Positions 9,183-17,473 of a stretch of DNA of 26,941 nt are shown one piece after another (position 1 is the first letter of the stretch; each line of letters starts with the position of its first letter). The DNA lies in the IMG/VR virus record IMGVR_UViG_3300045410_000021, positions 1 to 26,941 of that record; one strand, given 5' to 3'. Under the pieces are notes generated by a model. The model saw only the letters and a list, made by a program, of their open reading frames with translations, ran no database searches and was not told the origin of the DNA. This stretch comes from a virus (Duplodnaviria; Caudoviricetes). The position numbers were made by a program, and so were the translations under genes.

Positions 9183-9334
9183 GCTCGGTATCCTTCGTTT
9201 TGAGGCGATAGGCGCTCAATCGGCCTGTAGAGGCCCGTAGGGCGCGAGGGGATGGCTGCGGCCGATTGTGTGTCGGGCGCTCACGTCGCTTGCTGGCGGG
9301 CAGCGTAGGCTGGCGGTTAGGTCCGCAGCGTTAC

Positions 9335-10678
9335 CTATCCGGTCATCAACAGCCGGGCCAGAAGCTGCTGCGCGTCAGGCGGCGGCACTTGCTTGCTGCT
9401 CGGCAACGGCCCGGTGAAGTCGGACGCGCCGGCGTACTGTCGCCCGGTCGGCACGGCGGCCTGTGGAGCGACTGGCACTGCGGGTTCGCCGATCGGCCCC
9501 TGCATCACCTCGCCTCGTGCGGGCGGTGCGGCGCTCGTCTCGCTCGGCGCGTCTTCTTCGGTGAAGAACTTCACCACGTCGTCTACCTTCTCGGCGCCAA
9601 CCTCGCCCAGCTTCATGGCGAGGTAGCCGAGCGTCGCGCCGATCGACGTGGCGACCGGGTGGCTGCCGCCAGCGCTCATCATCAGTGCGCGCCAGCGTGG
9701 GTTTTGGATCATTAGATCCTCGAGCGTGTCCCGCGCCACGCGAGCCGCTGTCAAAACACCGGCGCCGGCGGCGACCGGGTTGTCGATGAACTCGCTCTGC
9801 GTGCCGGTGATGCGGCTCGGATCGGCCGCGTCAACCAAGGTGCCGACGGCGGCTCCCGTGATCGTCGGGCTCAACAGGTCGCCTACGGTCGCCTTGCCGC
9901 CTGCCGCGGCGGCGCCCTGTCGCGCGATGTGGTGCGCGCTGTCAACCAGGAACCGATCTGCCTTCGGCCACGACTGCGCGCCTCGGCCCAGGAACTTCAG
10001 CATGCCCGCGGTCTGCCCGGCGATCCAGCGCCCCGCCAAGCCGCCGACGCCGGCCGCGGTGAGCTCGCCCATGTTGCGCTTGAAGGCGGCGTCTTCCTCG
10101 GAAGTGATCTCGACGCCGGGGATGTGCAGATCCTGCGCGATCTGCTTGGCGGGCACCGTCGCGGTTTCTTTCGCCCACTGGCCCAAGGCTTGAACGCCTT
10201 CCTGGCCGCTGGTGCGGGCGCTCTGCTCGAAAGCTGCAACGTCCTGCTGCGGCGGCAGCCCCTGGCCCTCCGCGAGCAGCGATCGCGCCGTCTGCTGCGG
10301 CGCCTGGTCGAGCACGAACCCCGGCGGCAGCGGAGGAGCAAGCGCCGGGCTGAGCTTGCCGAGTTCGCTTGAGCGCTGCTTGGCGGCGGCGACGGCCTGC
10401 TCGATCGTCTCGAATGCGGGGAAGGACTGGCCGGACTTAATGGCCTGCTCGGCAACGTAGTCTTCAAACCCGGGATCGTCCATCACCATAGGCGGACGCT
10501 GTCCGTTCCAGATCGATGGAACGTTCGTCGGCCGACCGCCGTTCAGCATCGGATGCGTGAGCGTCACGCTTTCCTCAGTCGAGAACGAGCCATCGTTGTT
10601 CTTGAGTACGGGCCGCCCCGTCGCCGGATGCGTGGCCGGTAGGTCAAGAACGAAGCCGGGAGGAAGCGGAGCGGCCAT
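9335..10678 (-). CDS. Putative internal virion/DNA ejection protein (447 aa)
   Basis: TGATG coupling at 10678. Ala/Gly-rich helical protein with hydrophobic segments, lying between the nozzle and fibre genes. Confidence 0.6.
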   Translation of the reverse strand: MAAPLPPGFVLDLPATHPATGRPVLKNNDGSFSTEESVTLTHPMLNGGRPTNVPSIWNGQRPPMVMDDPGFEDYVAEQAIKSGQSFPAFETIEQAVAAAKQRSSELGKLSPALAPPLPPGFVLDQAPQQTARSLLAEGQGLPPQQDVAAFEQSARTSGQEGVQALGQWAKETATVPAKQIAQDLHIPGVEITSEEDAAFKRNMGELTAAGVGGLAGRWIAGQTAGMLKFLGRGAQSWPKADRFLVDSAHHIARQGAAAAGGKATVGDLLSPTITGAAVGTLVDAADPSRITGTQSEFIDNPVAAGAGVLTAARVARDTLEDLMIQNPRWRALMMSAGGSHPVATSIGATLGYLAMKLGEVGAEKVDDVVKFFTEEDAPSETSAAPPARGEVMQGPIGEPAVPVAPQAAVPTGRQYAGASDFTGPLPSSKQVPPPDAQQLLARLLMTG

Positions 10679-12006
10679 CAGATCGGCACCCACTGGCCAC
10701 CGCGATAGATCAGCTTCTCGCCGGTAGCCGGATTGGTCGCGGTGGCGCCTTCCTGGACGCCAGGAGCTGCGGCGGCAGGCGCTGCCGGCGAGCCGGTGAC
10801 GGCATCGACTCCTGACCCGATCATCGCGCGCCCCTTTTCGACGATGCCGCCGAGGAGCCGATCGCCGATACCGGGCTCTGCCCCGACTTCCGGGATCGCC
10901 ACCTCGGGCAAGCCGAAGTCGCCACGCGCGCCCTTGGCGTAGTTCATGATGATCGCGCGGCTGTCGCGGTCGAGGCGCGCGAGCTTGTCGCGGACGGCAC
11001 CCGCCGAGTCGCCGGGAGACGGCATGTAGATCCTGGCCTGCGTCGCGACCTCATCTGCCCCCGCCGTCGCGCCAGACTTGATGTAGAGCATGTTCGCGAC
11101 GATGCCGGCGATCTTGGAAGCTAGCTCACTGCCGGCAGTGCCAGGGATGCTCCCGACTATCGGCGTGTTCATGGTCGCCAGGTTCGTCTGGTTGACGCTG
11201 CCGTCCGGGTTGAGCAGGCCGTCCGTCACATCCTGGATGTCAGCGATCATGCCCGGGCCTTGCGAGACCGCGATTGCGGCCGAGCCCTGCGTCTGCTCAG
11301 CCGGGCCGCCAGGGATCGGAACAAGCGCGCCGCTCTCGTCAAAGCGGTAGCCGGACGGCGCACGCTCGGTATTGACGTTGACCTGGCTCGGCGGCGCGAA
11401 CGCCGGCCCGCGGCCGACCTCAGCCCACTGCCCGGTCGCCGGATCGTACTGCTGGAACACGCGCTGATCGCCTTGGAGCACGTCGCGGGTCTGCGGCGGC
11501 TTCGGAGCGCCGGCCGGCCCGCTCGCGAGCAGCTGATTGTCCGGGCCATACCGCAGCTCGCCCTCGCCCAGCGTGTAGCCCTCGGGGTCAGGCGGCAGCA
11601 TCTTCTGCATCGCAGCCTGCAGCAGCGCCTCGCGCCCGCCCGGCATCAGGGACATGGCGAGCACCTGCTCGCGGTCCATGCCTGGAAGTAGCCCGGGCGT
11701 CGCAGGCCCGCGTGTCATGCCCTGCAAGCCGCCGGTGTCCCCTGGCAGCGTCGCCCCCATCTGCGGGGCGCCCGGCTTGCCGCCGAGCATGTCGATGAGC
11801 GCCTGCTGCTGGCCCTGCTGCGCGCTCTCCGCGGCAGCGACCTGCCAGCGACCGCCCAGTCCTTGCGCGAGCGTCTGCAGCCCCTGGCCTACGGCTCCGC
11901 CAAGCGTGTCTGCCGGCTGCCGCCCCTGTAGCAGCTGCGCCATGAGCTGCTGGCGGAGCATGCCCGGGTCAACGGACGACGGCGAGCCCATCGGGATGTA
12001 GGCCAT
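10678..12006 (-). CDS. Putative internal virion/DNA ejection protein (442 aa)
   Basis: Gln/Gly/Pro-rich. Motifs YTLGEGELRYGP, APSGYRF...LVPIPGGPA and C-terminal GATATNPATGEKLIYRGGQW are seen in podovirus ejection proteins. Confidence 0.65.
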   Translation of the reverse strand: MAYIPMGSPSSVDPGMLRQQLMAQLLQGRQPADTLGGAVGQGLQTLAQGLGGRWQVAAAESAQQGQQQALIDMLGGKPGAPQMGATLPGDTGGLQGMTRGPATPGLLPGMDREQVLAMSLMPGGREALLQAAMQKMLPPDPEGYTLGEGELRYGPDNQLLASGPAGAPKPPQTRDVLQGDQRVFQQYDPATGQWAEVGRGPAFAPPSQVNVNTERAPSGYRFDESGALVPIPGGPAEQTQGSAAIAVSQGPGMIADIQDVTDGLLNPDGSVNQTNLATMNTPIVGSIPGTAGSELASKIAGIVANMLYIKSGATAGADEVATQARIYMPSPGDSAGAVRDKLARLDRDSRAIIMNYAKGARGDFGLPEVAIPEVGAEPGIGDRLLGGIVEKGRAMIGSGVDAVTGSPAAPAAAAPGVQEGATATNPATGEKLIYRGGQWVPI

Positions 12007-12010
12007 TGCC

Positions 12011-13192
12011 TTACAGCCTCCCGTAGTCGACCGCGAGGTAGCCGCCCGGCAGCAGACCGACCGCCTCGGGCTTCACCTCGGCCACGTCCTGCGCCATGAC
12101 GCCCATCTGCACCGGCCCGCCGGACTTGTAGCGGAACGTGTAGACCGGCAGCCCGTCGTCGGTCTGGCCAACCCGCTTGATGTCCGTCTTGAGCCGGCGG
12201 TCGGAGGCCATAGCCGGCGCCACTGGCGCCATCAGGCTCGCTGCCCCCAGCGTCGCGCCGCCCTGGATGAGTCCCGGCATCATCTGCTGCAGGAAGCTGC
12301 CCTGGCTCGGCGTCGCCATGTTTTGGACCTGCGTCTGCCCGGGCGCGAAGAAGTCGCCCGCAGTCGCAGGTGTCTGCATGCCGAGCAGGCTCAGCATCTC
12401 GTTGAACGGGATCTGCCGGTTCGCCAGGGCGTCCTGCGTCTGAACCCCACGCTCCGACAGCCGGGCGTCGGTGTTGGCGCCGAAACGAGTCAGCGCCTCC
12501 TGGTTGAGGTTCTGCCGCTGCTGTTGCGCTTGGCCCATGCCGACCTGGCTGGTGCCGAGAAGGTCTGCCAGCAGGCGGCTCTGCTCAGTCCCGCCGGCCA
12601 AGACCGCCGACAGCGCCGCCGATTCCAGCGCCCGATTGCGGGTGTCGTCGAAGCGGCCAGTCTCGCTCGCATAGGCACGCGATGCCTGAGGTAGGCCTTG
12701 GTTGCTAAGTCTTTGCAACATCGCCCCTTCCTGCCGCGCGAACTCGGGGTTCAGCAGCGACGCCATGCGGTCGAAAGTAGCCTGCTCGACCCGATCACGC
12801 TCGCCGCTGAAGGCGTCGGCCGTGTTCTGCCCGCCGAGCATCTGGAGCAGCGAGAAGGCGCCCTGTCCGCCCGTCGCCGCGCCCGCGCCGTACTGCGGAG
12901 TCTGGAGCCGCCCCAGGCTGAACGGGTCGCCGCCGATCACCGGCTGTCCCGCGCCCGGCAGCGCCCCCGCCATGTCGATCCCGCGCTGGCCAGTCAGCCG
13001 CTGCGCAAGCTGCTGCTGCTCGAGCTGAGCCTGCATCGCGGGCGACAGCGCGGTCGTGGCGGTGGTGTTGAACGGATCGCGCCGGCCCTTCTCGTCGACC
13101 GGGCCAGAGAATGTCAGCGAGCCGAGCGGGCCGATCTGGTTGATCTGGTTGAGGCGAGCTTGCGCTGAGGCGAGGTCGCGGGATTCTTGCAA
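12011..13192 (-). CDS. Putative ejection/pilot protein with C-terminal peptidase S74-like (intramolecular chaperone) domain; start codon uncertain
   Basis: N-terminal LNQINQIGPLGSLTF and a Gln-rich helical body. C-terminal SDRRLKTDIKRVG...GVMAQDV...YLAVDY. The frame is open upstream to about 13270 without ATG or GTG. Confidence 0.75.
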   Translation of the reverse strand: MQESRDLASAQARLNQINQIGPLGSLTFSGPVDEKGRRDPFNTTATTALSPAMQAQLEQQQLAQRLTGQRGIDMAGALPGAGQPVIGGDPFSLGRLQTPQYGAGAATGGQGAFSLLQMLGGQNTADAFSGERDRVEQATFDRMASLLNPEFARQEGAMLQRLSNQGLPQASRAYASETGRFDDTRNRALESAALSAVLAGGTEQSRLLADLLGTSQVGMGQAQQQRQNLNQEALTRFGANTDARLSERGVQTQDALANRQIPFNEMLSLLGMQTPATAGDFFAPGQTQVQNMATPSQGSFLQQMMPGLIQGGATLGAASLMAPVAPAMASDRRLKTDIKRVGQTDDGLPVYTFRYKSGGPVQMGVMAQDVAEVKPEAVGLLPGGYLAVDYGRL

Positions 13193-13228
13193 ATTAGCGC
13201 CGATGGTCGTTCCTCCACCCTTTATCCT

Positions 13229-13257
13229 TTGATAGATCAGGACAAAGAGCTTAAGGT
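13229..13257 (+). promoter_or_regulatory. Putative sigma70 promoter, antisense to the late operon
   Basis: TTGATA (13229-13234), 17-nt spacer, TAAGGT (13252-13257). The -35 box is flanked by an imperfect inverted repeat CTTTATCCT (13220-13228) / AGGACAAAG (13239-13247). Confidence 0.55.
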
Positions 13258-13289
13258 CTACAGGCTTTCTTTATGTCGCGGTAAGTCCA

Positions 13290-13339
13290 GGCTTGGCACG
13301 GCCCGGCTTGGCGGGGCTCGGGCTGGCACGGTTAGGCGG
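13290..13339 (+). repeat. Ten phased GG(C)NN pentamers
   Basis: GGCTT GGCAC GGCCC GGCTT GGCGG GGCTC GGGCT GGCAC GGTTA GGCGG, followed by three CAAG units. Confidence 0.85.
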
Positions 13340-13355
13340 TCAAGGTCAAGCAAGG

Positions 13356-13388
13356 AATGGAGGGGCTAAGCCTCTCCATTTCTTTTTT
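13356..13388 (+). terminator. Intrinsic terminator on the plus strand
   Basis: AATGGAGGGGC-TAA-GCCTCTCCATT stem followed by TCTTTTTT. It abuts the stop codon of the minus-strand nozzle gene. Confidence 0.8.
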
Positions 13389-14962
13389 CAGATCACGCCA
13401 GCGCGCTGATACGCGAACCGCGTCGCGTTCCACGAGACCGCGCTTGAGCGCGAGTCCACACGCACGCTCGGGCTGATCGCATAGCCGCGCGCCGTGTGAG
13501 CAAGCCAGTCCTGGATCACCGTCGCGCTCGAGCCCCAGGTGGCCGTGTTCCAATCCGCCGTGTTCCAATCCGAGCCGGACGCTGGCGGCGTCAGCGTGAC
13601 CCGCACCGTGGCGGTCGGAGCCGGGGCGAAGTCGGCAGCCAGCCCGAGCGTCAGCGACACAGGGCCGCCAGCCTCGAGCAGCGGCCCCATCATCGTCACC
13701 TGCTTGTTGCGCGCCTTCGTGCCGAGGTAGCTGAACGCCTGCCGCCCGCTCGCCACCACCTGCACGCCGTCGTCAGTCAGCCCGGTGTCCGCCAGGTACA
13801 CCACGCCGTTGGCGCCGCCGAAGTAGGGCGCGTCGTCGAACAGGACCCAGCATCGCGCCGGCATGCCCTTGAAGCGGCACCATGCCCCGGTCGCGAGATT
13901 CACGACGTGCTGGTAGTAGGTCGAGCCGGTCGGGTGGTTGATCAGCACCTGCTGCCGGCGCGGGTAGAACAGGATGTCCCAGCCTAACTCGCCGCCCGTC
14001 GCCTCGGCCTGCTCGATCGCCGCCTTGACGATCTTGTCGCTGATCTGCGCCGCCCGCGAGGATCGCCCGCCCGGCAGCGACTTGCTCAGCAGCGAGTAGC
14101 CGTCGGTCGTGGCCATCAAGGTGTCCGCGCCGATCTTTGCGCTTGCCCTGATGCCGAGCGGCGCGCCGATGCGAAACACGCCGATCTTAGACCAGTCGGC
14201 GGCGTCGCCCGGGTCGCTGCCTTGATAGACGATGGCCTCGCCGCCGCTCATGCGGAACACGATCAGGTCGTCCATCCCGTCGCCGCCGTCGCGGGTCCAG
14301 GTGTCGACCGCAACCAGCACGCCACCGAAGGTGCCGACGTCCGCCAGCGGGAACTGCGTCAGCGCGCCCCCGAGCGTGTTGACCGCCGAGTAGTAGGCGT
14401 CCTGGTCGGCGCCAGTCCAAAACCAGCTCCGGCTTTTAAAGGTATTGATTCCAGCCAAAGTGGCGACCGTAACATCCCCGGAACTGATCGTCATCGCAGC
14501 TTTGGCTGTGCCGTCGAAGGTCTGCGGGGCATCGGCGCCGTTCACCAGCCCGAGCACGTCGTTCATCGCGACGTACTGCCAGCGGTCATTCGAGAAGGTC
14601 GTGGTGGCACCGAGAGCGGTGCCGATGGAGCCGCCTGCGGTCGCGTCCCACAGGCCGCCTCCGGCAGCGGCCAGCAGCTTCGGTCCTGCCGAGGTCTTGA
14701 GCTCCGCCAGCGTCTCGACGGCGCCCGGCGTGCTCAGCTCGGCGTAGCTGGCCGACCCGCGGCGCATCTCGCACTTGCCGAAGCCGGGAAAAAAGTTGTC
14801 CAGCTCAATGGCGTCCTGCGGGTCCATATCGGACCAGGAGTCCCTAGCGTTGAGCCCGCCGACCGGAGCGGGCAAGGTCGTTACGTCAGGCGGCTCAAAA
14901 CGCTCACGGAAGCCCGCCCGCGCCATGCCAAGACTTGTGCGGCGACGGGTAGCGAGCCTCAT
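13388..14962 (-). CDS. Tail nozzle / packaged-DNA stabilization protein, P22 gp10-like role (524 aa)
   Basis: ATG14962 forms an ATGA overlap with the HNH stop. LPAPVGGLNARD...DAIELDNFFP start, beta-propeller-like body, GAWCRF. Position after the adaptor gene fits. Confidence 0.75.
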   Translation of the reverse strand: MRLATRRRTSLGMARAGFRERFEPPDVTTLPAPVGGLNARDSWSDMDPQDAIELDNFFPGFGKCEMRRGSASYAELSTPGAVETLAELKTSAGPKLLAAAGGGLWDATAGGSIGTALGATTTFSNDRWQYVAMNDVLGLVNGADAPQTFDGTAKAAMTISSGDVTVATLAGINTFKSRSWFWTGADQDAYYSAVNTLGGALTQFPLADVGTFGGVLVAVDTWTRDGGDGMDDLIVFRMSGGEAIVYQGSDPGDAADWSKIGVFRIGAPLGIRASAKIGADTLMATTDGYSLLSKSLPGGRSSRAAQISDKIVKAAIEQAEATGGELGWDILFYPRRQQVLINHPTGSTYYQHVVNLATGAWCRFKGMPARCWVLFDDAPYFGGANGVVYLADTGLTDDGVQVVASGRQAFSYLGTKARNKQVTMMGPLLEAGGPVSLTLGLAADFAPAPTATVRVTLTPPASGSDWNTADWNTATWGSSATVIQDWLAHTARGYAISPSVRVDSRSSAVSWNATRFAYQRAGVI

Positions 14963-15387
14963 AGGAACTGCCCTTGTTCGTTGCGGCGCCGCCCCTGGCC
15001 AGCATAGGGGTTGCCGCCGAGCGGCGTGCCATGCCGCTTCCGGTCCTGCGCGTTTTCCTGTTTCGTGTCCCATCGGAGATTGCCGAGGGCGGCGCAAAGC
15101 TTCCCGCGCTCGCCGTGGCAAGCTTCCATGCCCGGAGGGCACTGGCCGACGAACGCCTCAAGCACAAGCCGGTGAACCCACTTTTTTGATATCACGCCGT
15201 CCAGGCTCAAATTGACGGCTGGATAAAGCCCTGCCCCTGCGAGGGCATGCCTGAGAACTCTCTCGGATGTCATCCTGAAACGCGAGCCGCCGCACCATGC
15301 CTTCCGCGACAAAGACCGAACGCGCCCGTGATCCGAAACCTCATAGGCTCTCTCGTGGCCGACGACTGGTAGCCAGCGCTCAGACAT
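14959..15387 (-). CDS. Free-standing NUMOD4-HNH homing endonuclease (142 aa)
   Basis: NUMOD4 motif ERWLPVVGHERAYEVSDHGRVRS and HNH-type VHRLVLEAFVG...ACH...NLRWDTKQENAQD. Overlaps both neighbouring genes. Confidence 0.9.
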   Translation of the reverse strand: MSERWLPVVGHERAYEVSDHGRVRSLSRKAWCGGSRFRMTSERVLRHALAGAGLYPAVNLSLDGVISKKWVHRLVLEAFVGQCPPGMEACHGERGKLCAALGNLRWDTKQENAQDRKRHGTPLGGNPYAGQGRRRNEQGQFL

Positions 15388-16090
15388 TCCAAGAGCCTTC
15401 CGGTAAATTCGCCCGCGGCACGCGCCGGCACTGCCCCATGCTCACCACGTCGAGCGCCATGTCGGCCTTGATCGCGTCCCGCAGCGCCAGCTCATGGTCG
15501 TTGCGCTCATCGGCCGACGACAACCCCAACGACCGCTTCGTCCGCCACAGGAGCCCGAGCCTGAATAGCTCCTCGTCCAGCCGGATCTCGTCGGTGTCGG
15601 CAAGCCACGTTGCCTGCCCCGTGCCGCCGGTGCTCTCGCACCAGTCGGTCGTGATGTATTCGTAGACCAGCGTGTCGCCCGTCGAGCCAGGAACCGGGTC
15701 GATCAGCAGGCTCCCGGACAACGGGCCGGCAAGCAGACGGAAGCGCCGGACGATGCCGGCCGAGGCCAGCTGCGAGGAGCGCAGCCGCTGCCACTGCGCT
15801 TGGGTGACACCGCCGCGCATTTGCAGGTACTGCGTCCGGTCCCATGCCGTCGCCACGATCAGGCGCCCGAAATCGTCCGGCACCGGGTAGTTCTCTTCGT
15901 CCGCCGTGGTCGTGATCTCGTGCTCGCGCTGCAGGATCGACCAGTTCGCCACGCGGTAGAGGTACTGGCCCTCGGCCTTGGCCACCGCGAGCATGCGCTT
16001 GGCCGTCAGATCGGCATTGCCGACGAGCGTAGCGGGTTCGACGACGCCGATCTCGGCGGCCACGTCCTGGGCGATCGAGAGAAGGGTCAT
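15380..16090 (-). CDS. Head-to-tail adaptor protein (236 aa)
   Basis: MTLLSIAQDVAAEIG, NWSILQRE, YPVPDDFGR and IDPVP...LVYEY are typical of podovirus adaptors. Synteny agrees. Confidence 0.75.
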   Translation of the reverse strand: MTLLSIAQDVAAEIGVVEPATLVGNADLTAKRMLAVAKAEGQYLYRVANWSILQREHEITTTADEENYPVPDDFGRLIVATAWDRTQYLQMRGGVTQAQWQRLRSSQLASAGIVRRFRLLAGPLSGSLLIDPVPGSTGDTLVYEYITTDWCESTGGTGQATWLADTDEIRLDEELFRLGLLWRTKRSLGLSSADERNDHELALRDAIKADMALDVVSMGQCRRVPRANLPEGSWNV

Positions 16091-16102
16091 TCCACGCCCT
16101 CG

Positions 16103-16738
16103 CTACGCGTCGTAGCCGAACATCTCGATCAGGAACTTGCCCGCGGTGAACACGTCGGCCGTGTCGGCGGCGCCGTTGACCAGATAGAGATACGTGTCGG
16201 CCGCGGGAATCCCCGTGAAGATCTTGGCCAGCGCGGCCGTCCACGCGCCGCCCGAGGTGATGAGAGCCGTCTCGGTGCCAGTAAGCGCCGCGATGCCGCC
16301 CTCGAACACACCGGCGCCGCTCTCTGCGGCGTAAAGGTCGATGTCCGTCAGGCTCGCGGGCACTTCGAGGCAGGTCATCCGGCCAGCCAGGATGGTGCCG
16401 TTCCGGGCAGCGGTGATTTGCCCAAGGTGGGCAGCAGGCGTGCTCACCCCGATGATGTCCAGGTCGTCCGTTGCGGACGACAGGCCGGTCAGGTCGAGCA
16501 GGATGTTGGTGTAGTAAATCCCGCCGATCTTGCGGACGCTCGATGCGTAGACCGTGCCCGGGCCGCCAGTGATGCCGGCGCCCGCTTCGGTCGCGAGGGT
16601 GGCGTTGTCCACGGTCTCAACCAGCGCCTGAACCGCCTCGATCTCGCTCTTGGCGACCGCCCAGTTGGCGTGCAGCTGGACCTGCGTTTGCGGCGGCAAC
16701 CCGAAGTAGGACAGGTCCGCTACGATGCTGCTGGCCAT
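16103..16738 (-). CDS. Putative virion structural protein (211 aa)
   Basis: GGAG upstream, strong GC3 codon bias, beta-rich Ala/Gly/Thr sequence within the head module. Confidence 0.65.
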   Translation of the reverse strand: MASSIVADLSYFGLPPQTQVQLHANWAVAKSEIEAVQALVETVDNATLATEAGAGITGGPGTVYASSVRKIGGIYYTNILLDLTGLSSATDDLDIIGVSTPAAHLGQITAARNGTILAGRMTCLEVPASLTDIDLYAAESGAGVFEGGIAALTGTETALITSGGAWTAALAKIFTGIPAADTYLYLVNGAADTADVFTAGKFLIEMFGYDA

Positions 16739-16747
16739 CTCTCGCTC

Positions 16748-17413
16748 CTATGCGCTCGCGGCGCGCTTGGCCGCACGTGCCGCCCGCGCCGCTGCCATCC
16801 GGTCAGTCGGAGGAGCGGGCTCCTCGTCCGCGACGTCCTCACTCTCGACTGGCGATCGCGGCGCCATCATCATCTGGTTCAGCCGGGCCTGGAGGTCGCT
16901 GATCTGCTGTGCCTGCTTCGCCAGCATCCCCCGCAGATCCCGCTCGGTCTCGCTCGCGCCCTTGAGGTGCTGCTGGGCACGCTCGCGCAGCGTCCGCGTA
17001 TTCGGCCCGATGCGCGGCAGGGCGTCATCCGGCACTGCCGCCAGCTGCTCGATCGTGAGCACGCCGCTGTGCTTCAAGCTCGCGACCTGCTCGACCGTCA
17101 GCGCCGGAAACAGATCGATCGGCGTGCCGTCCACCGCTCCCTCGTGGCCGCGCTCGAACGCTTCCCACGCCTTGGGAAAGCGGATCTTGTGCTCCTCCTT
17201 GACCTCGCGGTTGACCACGGAACGTGGGTCGCCGGGAATGCGGATCTCGACGTAGGGCTTGGTCACATAGACCGGATAGCCCTCAATCTCGGTCGCCTTC
17301 GGGTCCAGCACAGGGCGCTTGTAGAACAGCGCGCGCACGCCGTCGGCGTCGTGGCCGGCAGTGCCGCCCTTTTGCGCCTCGGCAATCCGCATCCACTCTT
17401 CGAACTCTTGCAT
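16748..17413 (-). CDS. Conserved phage hypothetical protein with HhH-like segment and coiled coil (221 aa)
   Basis: AGGAG lies 5 nt before ATG17413. Motifs YVEIRIPGD, RFPKAWEAF and GTPI...TIEQLA. The ORF-track start at 17461 spans the terminator. Confidence 0.75.
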   Translation of the reverse strand: MQEFEEWMRIAEAQKGGTAGHDADGVRALFYKRPVLDPKATEIEGYPVYVTKPYVEIRIPGDPRSVVNREVKEEHKIRFPKAWEAFERGHEGAVDGTPIDLFPALTVEQVASLKHSGVLTIEQLAAVPDDALPRIGPNTRTLRERAQQHLKGASETERDLRGMLAKQAQQISDLQARLNQMMMAPRSPVESEDVADEEPAPPTDRMAAARAARAAKRAASA

Positions 17414-17427
17414 GTGATCTCCTGGGG

Positions 17428-17456
17428 AAAGAAAGGGGCGGCCCGAAAGCCGCCCC
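17428..17456 (-). terminator. Intrinsic terminator after the capsid and decoration genes
   Basis: GGGGCGGCT-TTCG-GGCCGCCCC followed by TTTCTTT. Confidence 0.85.
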
Positions 17457-17473
17457 GTCAATCGCGTTGTCGA

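Larger units (their letters stand above)
13264..13388 (+). ncRNA. Candidate small RNA of about 125 nt containing a GGCNN pentamer array
   Basis: Bounded by a promoter-like element and an intrinsic terminator. No credible ORF inside (only ATG-TCG-CGG-TAA). The 5' end is inferred. Confidence 0.45.

Noticed and set aside
9183-9334. Intergenic gap with short hairpins (GGCC-N6-GGCC, TTGAG...CTCAA)
   Set aside because: The stems are short, with no U-tract, promoter or ORF support, so no feature can be called.
12011-12210. Peptidase S74 domain taken as evidence of a tail fibre or of novelty
   Set aside because: The body is Gln-rich and helical and sits in the ejection-protein position. To my knowledge this fusion is common in such phages.
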